A stretch of DNA of 27,809 bases from Candidatus Hadarchaeota archaeon (lineage in GTDB: Archaea; Hadarchaeota; Hadarchaeia; Hadarchaeales; Hadarchaeaceae), in assembly GCA_964552335.1 (NCBI GenBank), contig CAZKGC010000001.1:1-27809 (forward strand). Reading direction: 5' to 3'. Shown one piece after another: positions 8,602-16,918 of this stretch. Each line of letters opens with the position of its first letter. The first letter of the stretch is position 1. A program made the position numbers and the translations under genes. A model generated the notes under the pieces. That model did no database searches. It was not told where the DNA came from and saw nothing but the letters and a program-made list of their open reading frames with translations.

Positions 8602-9825
8602 ATGTCAGAACCCTGGGTCGAGAAGTATCAGCCCCACAAACTTCGTGAAATCGTCGGACAATCAAAAGCCATTCAGGATATTACGACCTGGGCAGAGAGT
8701 TGGAAAAAAGGCAAACCCATCAAGCCGGCAATTCTGCTTTACGGACCAGCTGGAACGGGAAAGAGCGTGGCCGCTGCTGCTCTCGCACGTGAGTTTGGCT
8801 GGGATCTGGTAGAGATGAACGCCAGCGACGAACGCACTATGTCTGAAATCAAGCGCGTGGCCGGGGCCGCGGCGACTGCGGGAACCTTGCTCACCGGAGC
8901 TGGTGGTCGAAGGCTGATAGTGCTCGATGAAGCGGACAACATCCACGGAACCTCTGACCGGGGAGGATACCGCGCCCTCGGGGAGTTGCTTGAAGAGACC
9001 CAGAACCCGCTCGTGCTGATAGCCAACGACCAGTACGCTATACCCTGGGAAATCCGCGCGGCGTGTGAACTGGTCAACTTCAGGCGTTTGATGGAGGAGG
9101 TGACCTTCAAGGAACTGCAGCGGATATGCCGGGCGGAGGGAATCACAGCCGAACCTCTGGCCCTCAAGGTTATTGCCGAGACCGCGAAGGGAGACCTGCG
9201 CTCGGCCATCAATGACCTTCAGACATTCGCGATGGGTAAAAAAAACCTAGCCGTCAAAGATCTGGCCCTCTACCGCCGCGACCGAGAGGTTAATGTATTC
9301 GACTTCCTGAAGCAGCTCCTCTCGGTTGATAATGCCATGGATGCAAGAATCCTGCTCTGGGCACTCGACCTTCCCCCCGACGAAGCGCTTGGATGGATAG
9401 ATGAGAATATCCCGCGAATGGTCGCAGACCCGGCAGATTTAGTTAAAGTGTACGACGCTATTTCGAGGGCAGACATATTTTTGGGCCGCGCGAGGAGAGG
9501 ACAGGCCTATGGGCTCTGGGGGTACGCGAGCGACCTGATGAGTGCCGGGGTGGCCCTATCGAGGGGCAAGCACCTCAAGTGGTCGAAGTTCCAGCCCCCG
9601 AGCCACATACGACGTTTTGCCCGTACGCGAGTTTCCAGAGCGGTGCGGGATGCTGTTGCTCGCAAGGTCGCCCAGCGCTGCCACACTTCTGCTAGAATTG
9701 CGCGGAAGGATGTTCTTCCTTATCTGGGTGTGATCTTCAAACATGACAAAAACGCTGCAGCTGCGATAGCAGGCGAACTCGAACTCACTGATGCCGAATC
9801 AAGTTTTCTGAAAGCGCTGGGGTGA
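8602..9825 (+). CDS. rfcL: Replication factor C large subunit
   Basis: PWVEKYQP box II, Walker A GPAGTGKS, EMNASD, Walker B LDEADNI, GDLRSAINDLQ, and a typical RFC-L C-terminal region. Confidence 0.93.
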   Translation: MSEPWVEKYQPHKLREIVGQSKAIQDITTWAESWKKGKPIKPAILLYGPAGTGKSVAAAALAREFGWDLVEMNASDERTMSEIKRVAGAAATAGTLLTGAGGRRLIVLDEADNIHGTSDRGGYRALGELLEETQNPLVLIANDQYAIPWEIRAACELVNFRRLMEEVTFKELQRICRAEGITAEPLALKVIAETAKGDLRSAINDLQTFAMGKKNLAVKDLALYRRDREVNVFDFLKQLLSVDNAMDARILLWALDLPPDEALGWIDENIPRMVADPADLVKVYDAISRADIFLGRARRGQAYGLWGYASDLMSAGVALSRGKHLKWSKFQPPSHIRRFARTRVSRAVRDAVARKVAQRCHTSARIARKDVLPYLGVIFKHDKNAAAAIAGELELTDAESSFLKALG

Positions 9826-10955
9826 ACTTGAAGATAGTCGAGAAACTTCAGCTGGGGAGGCTCGCTACCCCGCTCCCCGACAGGAGGCGCCCCATCTACA
9901 ACTGGTTCCCCGTGAAGGAGGCGTTCTCGCGGGATCTAATCCGCCTGCTCACAGAAACTTGGGGACTTCACGAGGGAGACTTGTTGCTTGATCCATTCTG
10001 CGGAGTCGGCACGACACCGCTCTCGTGCAAGGAACTCGGTCTTGACTGCGTTGGGTTTGATGTGCACCCGATGATGTTGTTGGCATCTCACGTGAAGCTC
10101 AGGAACTATGCCGCCGAAGAACTCAAGAGGGCAATCGAGAGTTTGATGGGGCCAAAGTTTGAGAAGATAGAAGTTGATGTGCCGGGTTTTGTGGCGCGCG
10201 TCTTCCCGAGGTCCATTCTCGGGGAAATCTTTTCCTTCAGAAAGAAAATCGCGGAGGTGGCGGACGAGGGGGTTCGTGAGTTCATGCTGCTGGGTCTGGC
10301 CATCGCTGCGATGAAGTGCAGCTGGGCGTACAAGGACGGGGCGGCGATAAAGGTAGTCAAGCACTCTGTGCCGCCGCTACGAAAGACTCTCGGACAACAG
10401 CTCTTACTAATGTGTCACGATCTTGGGCGATTCATAGCAAAACCAGCTAAAATTAAGGTTGAGCACCGCGATGCCAGAGAACTGAAACTTGAAGACGAGA
10501 TCGTTGATGCAGTGATAACTTCTCCGCCGTACCTGAGGAAACAGGAGTACATCCACACATACCGGATCGAACAGTGGATTCTTGAATCGGAAGCGCCGCG
10601 TGCGGACGAGCTCATCGGAGTTCGCGCTGGGGATGCCGGTGCGGAAGATTTTTCAAAAATTGCGGAGTTTGTTGAAGGCAGACCGCTTGAGGCAAAACTT
10701 TACTTCAAGGACATGTTCATGGTGCTCCAAGAGCTTTATCGGGTCTGCAGGCATGGGGCGAAAATTTGTTTGGTGACGTCAGATGGGTGTTCTCCAGAAG
10801 GTGTTGTTGAAGTCTGTGAAACGCTTAGCAGGCTCGCCGAACGTGCCGGGTTCAGGGCCAAGCGTATGATCGTGGTGAACAAGCGTTTCTGCACGACTCC
10901 CGCCAGAAAGAAAATTGGAGTAGCGCGTGAATCTCTGCTGATGTGGGAGCGGTGA
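9822..10955 (+). CDS. Site-specific DNA amino-methyltransferase, probably N4-cytosine, alpha-type motif order
   Basis: SAM-binding LLDPFCGVGTT near the N-terminus and catalytic VITSPPY in the C-terminal half. The GTG start overlaps the rfcL TGA (GTGA). Confidence 0.8.
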   Translation: MNLKIVEKLQLGRLATPLPDRRRPIYNWFPVKEAFSRDLIRLLTETWGLHEGDLLLDPFCGVGTTPLSCKELGLDCVGFDVHPMMLLASHVKLRNYAAEELKRAIESLMGPKFEKIEVDVPGFVARVFPRSILGEIFSFRKKIAEVADEGVREFMLLGLAIAAMKCSWAYKDGAAIKVVKHSVPPLRKTLGQQLLLMCHDLGRFIAKPAKIKVEHRDARELKLEDEIVDAVITSPPYLRKQEYIHTYRIEQWILESEAPRADELIGVRAGDAGAEDFSKIAEFVEGRPLEAKLYFKDMFMVLQELYRVCRHGAKICLVTSDGCSPEGVVEVCETLSRLAERAGFRAKRMIVVNKRFCTTPARKKIGVARESLLMWER

Positions 10956-11028
10956 ATTCTGAAGGTTAGATTATGCTTTGTCTCGCGAGCAAAAGAAGCT
11001 CGCTTGTGAACAAAGTGCAACTTGAGTT

Positions 11029-11319
11029 TCATCCCTTTTCCTTTGTTAACTCTCCAACTTCCTTTTTGCCTTCTTTCAGTTCTCTTTCTTGCTCTTTATC
11101 TTCTTTCAGCAGCAAACTCTGGAACTCTCCCAAATGTGTTTTTTCTTCCTTTGCTATGTCGAAAAGAACTTTCTTGATATTTTCATTTTGAGTCATGGCT
11201 GCCATCTGCTCATAAAGACTTACGGCATCTAACTCGGCTATCATCCCAACTCTCAGTATCTGTTTATCCAAATCTTCCTTTTTTATTTTCTCGAGGTCTA
11301 GGGGTATTTTCGAAAGCAT
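11029..11319 (-). CDS. Small ferritin-like protein of the encapsulated-ferritin (EncFtn/Flp) type, 96 aa
   Basis: MLSKIP...ILRVGMIAELDAVSLYEQMA...IAKEEKTHLGEF with ferroxidase-type E/ExxH ligands. ATG 11319 follows a GGGAGGTGG RBS. The track start at 11475 is probably too long. Confidence 0.85.
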   Translation of the reverse strand: MLSKIPLDLEKIKKEDLDKQILRVGMIAELDAVSLYEQMAAMTQNENIKKVLFDIAKEEKTHLGEFQSLLLKEDKEQERELKEGKKEVGELTKEKG

Positions 11320-11532
11320 TTTTTTCCACCTCCCCAACTTGTTATGAATCTGACCTTTTTTATTACTTTGCCCCACAAGCCAATGATTTCCCAACACATT
11401 TCGCACATGCTCTAGCCTGACGATGGGACTCGATACAGGCCCAACTTGAATACATGTTACCAGATGGTGCGGCATTCTCCCTCATCGGGTCTGAGGAAAG
11501 GACATTTCTCCTTACTTCACGGCGGGCGCGAC

Positions 11533-12504
11533 TCAGCCTAGATTTAGTGCCTTTCGACGTTTATCTAGCAATACATCAACGGCTGCAATATCTTCCCCGG
11601 AAAGCGTCCATTCTCCGGCGGCAATGGTCTCTTCGATCTGATATGGGTGCCTTGCGCCCACAATGGCTGCCGTCACCTCGGGGCGTCGCAAAATCCATGC
11701 TATCGCCAACTGCGCCACAGTTTTACCCCTCTTTTCGGCAATGCTACGCAGGCCTTCAACCAGCTCAAGATTGGCGCTTAACTCAGGTTCCTGAAAGCGC
11801 GTATCTTTGCCTCGGTGGTCATCCTCTGGCAGATTTTGGACGCGTTCTCTGCTAAACTTTCCCGTGAGGAGGCCCTTTTCCATGGGACTGTATACAACGA
11901 CTCCGATATCGTTCGCCGCACAAAAACCGAGCAGTTCATCTTCGATCTCACGCCTGAGCATGCTGTAGGGCGGTTGAAGGGACGCTATGGGGTGAATATC
12001 CTGAATGCGTTCGAGTTGTTCCACATTAAAATTGGATACACCAGCATAACGGATTTTACCTTTATCTACTAGGTCTGCTATGGTCCGCCAGGCTTCCTCG
12101 ACATCCTCATCAGGTATTGGCCAGTGAATCTGGTAGAGGTCAATAACATCTAATTTGAGTCGTTTCAGGCTCGCCTCGACTTCGGAACGGATGCTCTCTT
12201 TTTTCAAACGATTGGAGATATTCCCGTTCTTATCCCAGACCGGACCGCACTTGGTGGCAACAATTGGCTTATCGCGTAATCCTTCGATGGCCCTTCCCAC
12301 AATTTCTTCGGAGTGACCAAGTCCGTAAATCGGGGCTGTGTCGACCCAATTCACCCCCATTTCCAGAGCGTGTAAAATAGTAGCTATCGACTCTCTGTCA
12401 TCCTGCGGCCCCCAACCCCAAGTCCAGGGACCTCCAATTGCCCATGTGCCGAGTCCGATAACCGACAAGTTAAGATCTGTCCATCCCAGTTTTCTCGTTT
12501 TCAT
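11533..12504 (-). CDS. Aldo/keto reductase
   Basis: IGLGTWAIGG, DTAPIYG, ATKCG, IDLYQIHWP, GVSNF, SLQPPYS, YSPMEKGLLTGK, IVGAR. Confidence 0.93.
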   Translation of the reverse strand: MKTRKLGWTDLNLSVIGLGTWAIGGPWTWGWGPQDDRESIATILHALEMGVNWVDTAPIYGLGHSEEIVGRAIEGLRDKPIVATKCGPVWDKNGNISNRLKKESIRSEVEASLKRLKLDVIDLYQIHWPIPDEDVEEAWRTIADLVDKGKIRYAGVSNFNVEQLERIQDIHPIASLQPPYSMLRREIEDELLGFCAANDIGVVVYSPMEKGLLTGKFSRERVQNLPEDDHRGKDTRFQEPELSANLELVEGLRSIAEKRGKTVAQLAIAWILRRPEVTAAIVGARHPYQIEETIAAGEWTLSGEDIAAVDVLLDKRRKALNLG

Positions 12505-12798
12505 TAACTTACCCTTTTTCGTGGACTTTTATATAATATTTTTCTGTATAAAAAGTTTTACCGTAGACGATGTTTCGAAGAGCAGGGACACTAGCCCACG
12601 GCGTATATCCATTTTACATGAAGTAGTGCTCCGAGCCTGGATTCGCGTACCGGTAGGCCACGGTGCTGTAGCCAATAATTACGTTAGCCTGATGCAAAAC
12701 CTCAAGGTAAAAACGAACCGAATTCTGGAAGAGAATGTTTTCCAATATTGGCAGCCAAAACTTTAATTCTCCTAAACCCCATCACATCAAAGAGGGAA

Positions 12799-13338
12799 AT
12801 GGAAGTATTTGAAGCCATTCAGAGGAGAAGGTCGGTTCGGGCATACGCCAAAACTCCAGTGCCAGAGGAGAAACTGGGGAAAATTCTAGAGGCGGCCCGT
12901 TTGGCACCGTCGGCCGAGAATATCCAGCCTTGGTACTTCGTAGTCGTGACGGACCATGAAAAACGAAAGGAGATCGCGAAGAGCGGGATGTTTGCCGGAT
13001 TTCTGGGGGAGTCCCCAGTCGTGATCGTTGGCTGCGGTGACCGGAAGGCTTCGCCGAAATGGTATACGGTTGATGTCACCATAGCCATGCAGAACATAGT
13101 CCTGGCGGCGACTGCGGAGGGCTTGGGAACCTGCTGGATCGGAAGCTTCGATGAAGGGCTGCTCAAGAAGTTATTGAAGATCCCGGAGCACTTTAGTGTG
13201 GTTGCGCTTTTGACCGTTGGCTACCCGCGCGAGAAACTTGATCTGACGGCGAAAATGGTACAATCCATCCGCCGAAAGAAGAGGCTGGACGACATAGTCG
13301 GGTTTGAGGAATACAAGGGGCGAAAAGCCGAGCGGTAA
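12799..13338 (+). CDS. Nitroreductase family protein
   Basis: AIQRRRSVRAY, ARLAPSAENIQPW, GLGTCWIGSF, VGYP. ATG 12799 follows an AGAGGGA RBS. Confidence 0.92.
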   Translation: MEVFEAIQRRRSVRAYAKTPVPEEKLGKILEAARLAPSAENIQPWYFVVVTDHEKRKEIAKSGMFAGFLGESPVVIVGCGDRKASPKWYTVDVTIAMQNIVLAATAEGLGTCWIGSFDEGLLKKLLKIPEHFSVVALLTVGYPREKLDLTAKMVQSIRRKKRLDDIVGFEEYKGRKAER

Positions 13339-13404
13339 AACTCTATTGTTCAATTGGACTCCTTCTGAAGCTCTTCGAAATCATATTTTAGGGTGAATCC
13401 TCGA

Positions 13405-14001
13405 ATGTTAGTTTGGAATCCGATGCTCACTAGCAAAAATATTTTGAGAATCGCCGGACTTTGTGGAATAGCAGCTCCACTTGTGGCCTTTTCGTGCATT
13501 TTCATTGCTATATCCCTTTCTCCGTGGTTCAACTGGTCTGCGAACGCACTTAGCGACCTTGGAGTGAGAGAAGGCGCCTGGGTATTCAACTCAGGGCTTA
13601 TTACAGCTGGGGTGCTCTCTATGGTCTTTGCGGCCGGTCTTTGGATGGCCTTCAAAGAACAGGTTATAGGACGCGCGGGGGTGGTGTTGTTCTTCATTGA
13701 TGCCTTCGCTCTTTTTGGAATAGGGGTGTTCTCGGAGGCGGCTGGCGCGATTCATATGTACTTCTCGGTGGCGTTCTTCGTGCTTTTTCCATTATCGCTT
13801 TTACTGCTCAGCGCCGGTGCAATCGTGGCCGGATCTTTAAAGTTCGGATCATTCACAATCGCGGCCGGAGTCGTTGCCGCCATTCCTTGGGCATTTAGCT
13901 GGGATGGTGTGGCGATTCCAGAGACGATCTCAGCGCTTGCGGCATCGGTTTGGAGCGTGGCACAAGGAGTCAGGCTTTACCTCGGGCAAGCAAAAAGGTA
14001 G
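13405..14001 (+). CDS. DUF998-like multi-pass membrane protein
   Basis: PWFNWSANALSDLG, FNSGLI, GIGVF, IHMYFS and several TM helices. Start uncertain (13393, 13405 or 13423). Confidence 0.75.
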   Translation: MLVWNPMLTSKNILRIAGLCGIAAPLVAFSCIFIAISLSPWFNWSANALSDLGVREGAWVFNSGLITAGVLSMVFAAGLWMAFKEQVIGRAGVVLFFIDAFALFGIGVFSEAAGAIHMYFSVAFFVLFPLSLLLLSAGAIVAGSLKFGSFTIAAGVVAAIPWAFSWDGVAIPETISALAASVWSVAQGVRLYLGQAKR

Positions 14002-14488
14002 TCTCCCGAACTGACAACCAGTAATCGGCCAGACGTTTCTCCATCTCCCTATAGTTCTCGAACTCGCGCGCCACAAGCCCCCAGAATGCCCTGCGGTGAC
14101 CTTTTTCTTTCATGTGCGCGACCTCGTGCCAAGCCACATAGCGGATGAGTTCCCTCGGAAGGCATACAAGCATAAGGTTGAAGTTCAGGTTTCCATTTGA
14201 CGAGCAGCTGCCCCATCTTGTTCTCTGTTTCCTTATTGTTATTCTGTTGAACTCGACCCCAAGCTTCCTGCTATACTCCTCCACTAAAGGTTCAAGTTCT
14301 TGAAGGAGCTTTTGCTTCAGGATACGCTCGAGCCGCCTGATGTGGTTCGGGTTGCTTGGGTCGAACTCGATCACCTTTGCGTCGAAGTCCACTTTCAGCG
14401 CCCCGTTTTCGCGGAACCCGAAGCGCTCTCCCAAGAGAAAGAGACCTCTGGAAACATTCGAGGCTTTTTCCATTGAATCCACAACCAT
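13970..14488 (-). CDS. M48/YgjP(DUF45)-like HExxH metal-dependent hydrolase, short form
   Basis: IRKQRTRWGSCSS, LNFN, YVAWHEVAHMKEKGH..FW.LV. Confidence 0.85.
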   Translation of the reverse strand: MVVDSMEKASNVSRGLFLLGERFGFRENGALKVDFDAKVIEFDPSNPNHIRRLERILKQKLLQELEPLVEEYSRKLGVEFNRITIRKQRTRWGSCSSNGNLNFNLMLVCLPRELIRYVAWHEVAHMKEKGHRRAFWGLVAREFENYREMEKRLADYWLSVRETTFLLARGKA

Positions 14489-14524
14489 GTTTTAATCGTC
14501 AGCGCCAAAATATCTGTTGATAGC

Positions 14525-15160
14525 ATGGTAAAGGTAGTTTCGTTCGACCTAGATGGGACGCTCATCGATTGGACGTTTGCGAACTCGCTCTGGTTCGAGG
14601 GCATCTCCAAGCGTTACGCTGAGCGGTGGGGGCTGAGTCAGGATAAGGCGCTGCGGGAGATCACGCGCAGGTATGATGGAGTAGGTATTGAAAGACTCGA
14701 ATGGTACGACATCAACTACTGGTGGAAGGAGTTCGACTTGGGAGGGAGCTGGAGGGATCTAGTCGAGCAATGTCGGTCGAACGTGAGAGCATATCCGGAG
14801 ATCCACGAAGTCTTAGAGGAACTTCACCGAAGGTTCAAAATTATGGTCATCACGAACGGGGCGAGAGAGCTGGCCGAGGTGGAAATCGAGCAGGCGGGCC
14901 TGAACGACTACATTGAATGGATGTTCTCAGCGACCTCGGATTTCGGGCTTGTGAAGAAAACGGGCGAGTTCTACTCGGATATCCTGGAGATGGTCGGCGT
15001 TTTCCCCGCGGAGGTTGTACATGTCGGGGACAACTGGGTGTTCGATTATCTCGCGCCCAGAGAGGCCGGCATCCGAGCGTTTTTCCTCGACCGCGATGGG
15101 AAGCAGTCTGGGGAGTTCGTGGTCAGGGACCTGAGGGAGCTCTCGCGCCAACTGATTTGA
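14525..15160 (+). CDS. HAD-superfamily hydrolase
   Basis: Motif I SFDLDGTL, motif II ITNG, conserved K, motif IV HVGDNWVFD. Confidence 0.92.
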   Translation: MVKVVSFDLDGTLIDWTFANSLWFEGISKRYAERWGLSQDKALREITRRYDGVGIERLEWYDINYWWKEFDLGGSWRDLVEQCRSNVRAYPEIHEVLEELHRRFKIMVITNGARELAEVEIEQAGLNDYIEWMFSATSDFGLVKKTGEFYSDILEMVGVFPAEVVHVGDNWVFDYLAPREAGIRAFFLDRDGKQSGEFVVRDLRELSRQLI

Positions 15161-15188
15161 AGCTACCTTGTATTTTATGGTGAATAAC

Positions 15189-16016
15189 ATGAAAGCGGGG
15201 CCCGAGTGTCTGGAATGTTTGCGAAATCTCGCGCGCCAAGCCACGGAACTCGCGACCTCCGATCCGCAGGTCAGATCAAAGATTGAGAGGGAGGCCGCAA
15301 AGATCCTAAAACGCCTCTCCCCAGAGGTCGTCCCGCCTGACCTGTCGAACGAGTTCCACCCGATCATCAGGGAACTATCAGGGAACCGAGACCCGTACCG
15401 CGAGCGAAAGCTGCGGGAAATCGAGGCAGCGAGGCTGGCATTCTCGAAGATCAAGTCGAGGGAGAACCTGAGGAGATGTGTGGAGATCGCCGCACAAGGA
15501 AACGCCATCGACTTCTTCGTCGACCACGAGACCCTCCTGCGCAGTCTGAGGGAAACCCCGAAGTTCGCAATCGATCATGTCGAGCGGCTCAAACAGAAAC
15601 TTGCCACCGCACGAGAAATCCTTTACCTGTCCGACAACGCGGGGGAAGCCTTCTTCGACTTGCCTCTTGTGAAAGCGTTGGGCAAACACGCGAAGGTGAC
15701 GTATGCTGTGAAAGAAACCCCGATACAAAACGACCTTACACTCGAAGATCTGCGGCGCGCGGGGCTCAGCGATAGTTTTGACAGCATCATCGAGGCTCCG
15801 GCGACGATTGGTATTTATCTGGAAAAAGCATCGACAAAATTTCGTGCCAAGTTCGACCGCGCCGATTTGGTGGTAGCAAAGGGGATGGGGAATTACGAGA
15901 CGCTTTCGGAGCTGCCTGAGAGCGGTAAATTTTTCTACATACTTCGAGCAAAGTGCGGGCCGGTTGCGCGAAGCATGGGCGTGAACGTCGACGACTACGT
16001 GGCGATGCTGCGGTAG
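15189..16016 (+). CDS. DUF89/ARMT1-like damage-control phosphatase
   Basis: MKAGPECLECL, DPYRERK, GNAIDF, YLSDNAGEAFFD, NDLT, AKGMGNYETL, AKCGPVA. ATG 15189 follows a GGTGA RBS. Confidence 0.92.
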   Translation: MKAGPECLECLRNLARQATELATSDPQVRSKIEREAAKILKRLSPEVVPPDLSNEFHPIIRELSGNRDPYRERKLREIEAARLAFSKIKSRENLRRCVEIAAQGNAIDFFVDHETLLRSLRETPKFAIDHVERLKQKLATAREILYLSDNAGEAFFDLPLVKALGKHAKVTYAVKETPIQNDLTLEDLRRAGLSDSFDSIIEAPATIGIYLEKASTKFRAKFDRADLVVAKGMGNYETLSELPESGKFFYILRAKCGPVARSMGVNVDDYVAMLR

Positions 16017-16157
16017 CTCCAAATGGTCTGCCCCTGTGGGGCGTCCTTCGTAGCCAGAAATTTGCAGGTAATTCTATAATTTCTTCAAAAGGCGAAGAGA
16101 CAATCAAGTACAGGAAAATTTGAATTACTTATCCAAGTAGTTAAAAAGAGTTTAACC

Positions 16158-16859
16158 ATGCACACACACATCTCCCGCCGCCTAACAGGCTTCCGCAGCG
16201 TCGGCCTAGCTTTTACAATCTTCACCCTGCTCAATCTCGCCATCTTCTCCCTCATCTCACTCTGGCCCGGGCTACTCGATTGGCTCTGGCTCTCCGCAGA
16301 TCGCCCTTGGGGAATCGTCACTTCCAACTTTGTCCAAGCCGAACTCTTCCACCTCGCCGGCAACCTCGAGGGTTTCACACTCGCCACCGGGTTCTTCGTG
16401 ACCGTTTGCTTGGTGCTGAAAGTGGGAGACCGCAGACGCTGGAGCCGCGTTTTCCTCTGGCTCGTTTTTCTGTCCGGCATCGTGGGGAGCGCGATCGAGT
16501 ATCCGGTGCTGGTAATAAATGGGGATTTCTCGTGGGGTGCCTCAGGCATCGTCTACGGGGCGCTAGGGGTGGTCTTAGCCGCCTGCCTTCGAAGCCTCCC
16601 CGCCCAAATAAGGGCCTTAGCCAAGGAACACCGCCGCTGGAGACGCAAGCGGAGAAAGTGGGGGCTGTTCAGGTTTGACCGGAGATCTCTGCGCACCTTC
16701 CCGAACCTGATGTCCCTCACCATCCTCATCTCCTTCTTGTTGATCATCTTCACCGACCCATGGGATTTCCTAAGCGCCAGGCCGGGGGTCGATGTGCTCG
16801 CCCACGGACTCGGGTTCCTGCTGGGGTTCCTGCCCGCGATGGTCCTGTTCAGATCTTAA
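16158..16859 (+). CDS. Rhomboid-family intramembrane serine protease
   Basis: RPWGIVTS, HLAGN, catalytic GASG and AHGLGF, multiple TM helices. Confidence 0.8.
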   Translation: MHTHISRRLTGFRSVGLAFTIFTLLNLAIFSLISLWPGLLDWLWLSADRPWGIVTSNFVQAELFHLAGNLEGFTLATGFFVTVCLVLKVGDRRRWSRVFLWLVFLSGIVGSAIEYPVLVINGDFSWGASGIVYGALGVVLAACLRSLPAQIRALAKEHRRWRRKRRKWGLFRFDRRSLRTFPNLMSLTILISFLLIIFTDPWDFLSARPGVDVLAHGLGFLLGFLPAMVLFRS

Positions 16860-16918
16860 AAAGATTCACAGCGAATTAATCAACAGCTGAATTCAACCTT
16901 ACGGTACGTGTTAAAAGG

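Noticed and set aside
11343-11475. N-terminal extension of the ferritin-like ORF and a Cys-containing alternative frame
   Set aside because: The homologous domain and RBS begin at 11319; neither frame shows a complete metal-binding motif.
12620-12770. Short minus-strand open frame ending YRYANPGSEHYFM
   Set aside because: About 50 codons, no ATG or RBS, lies in the AKR/nitroreductase divergent promoter region; similarity to cell-wall repeats is too vague.
14927-16107. Long minus-strand ORFs of 193, 214 and 106 aa
   Set aside because: Antisense to well-supported HAD and DUF89 genes; shadow ORFs.
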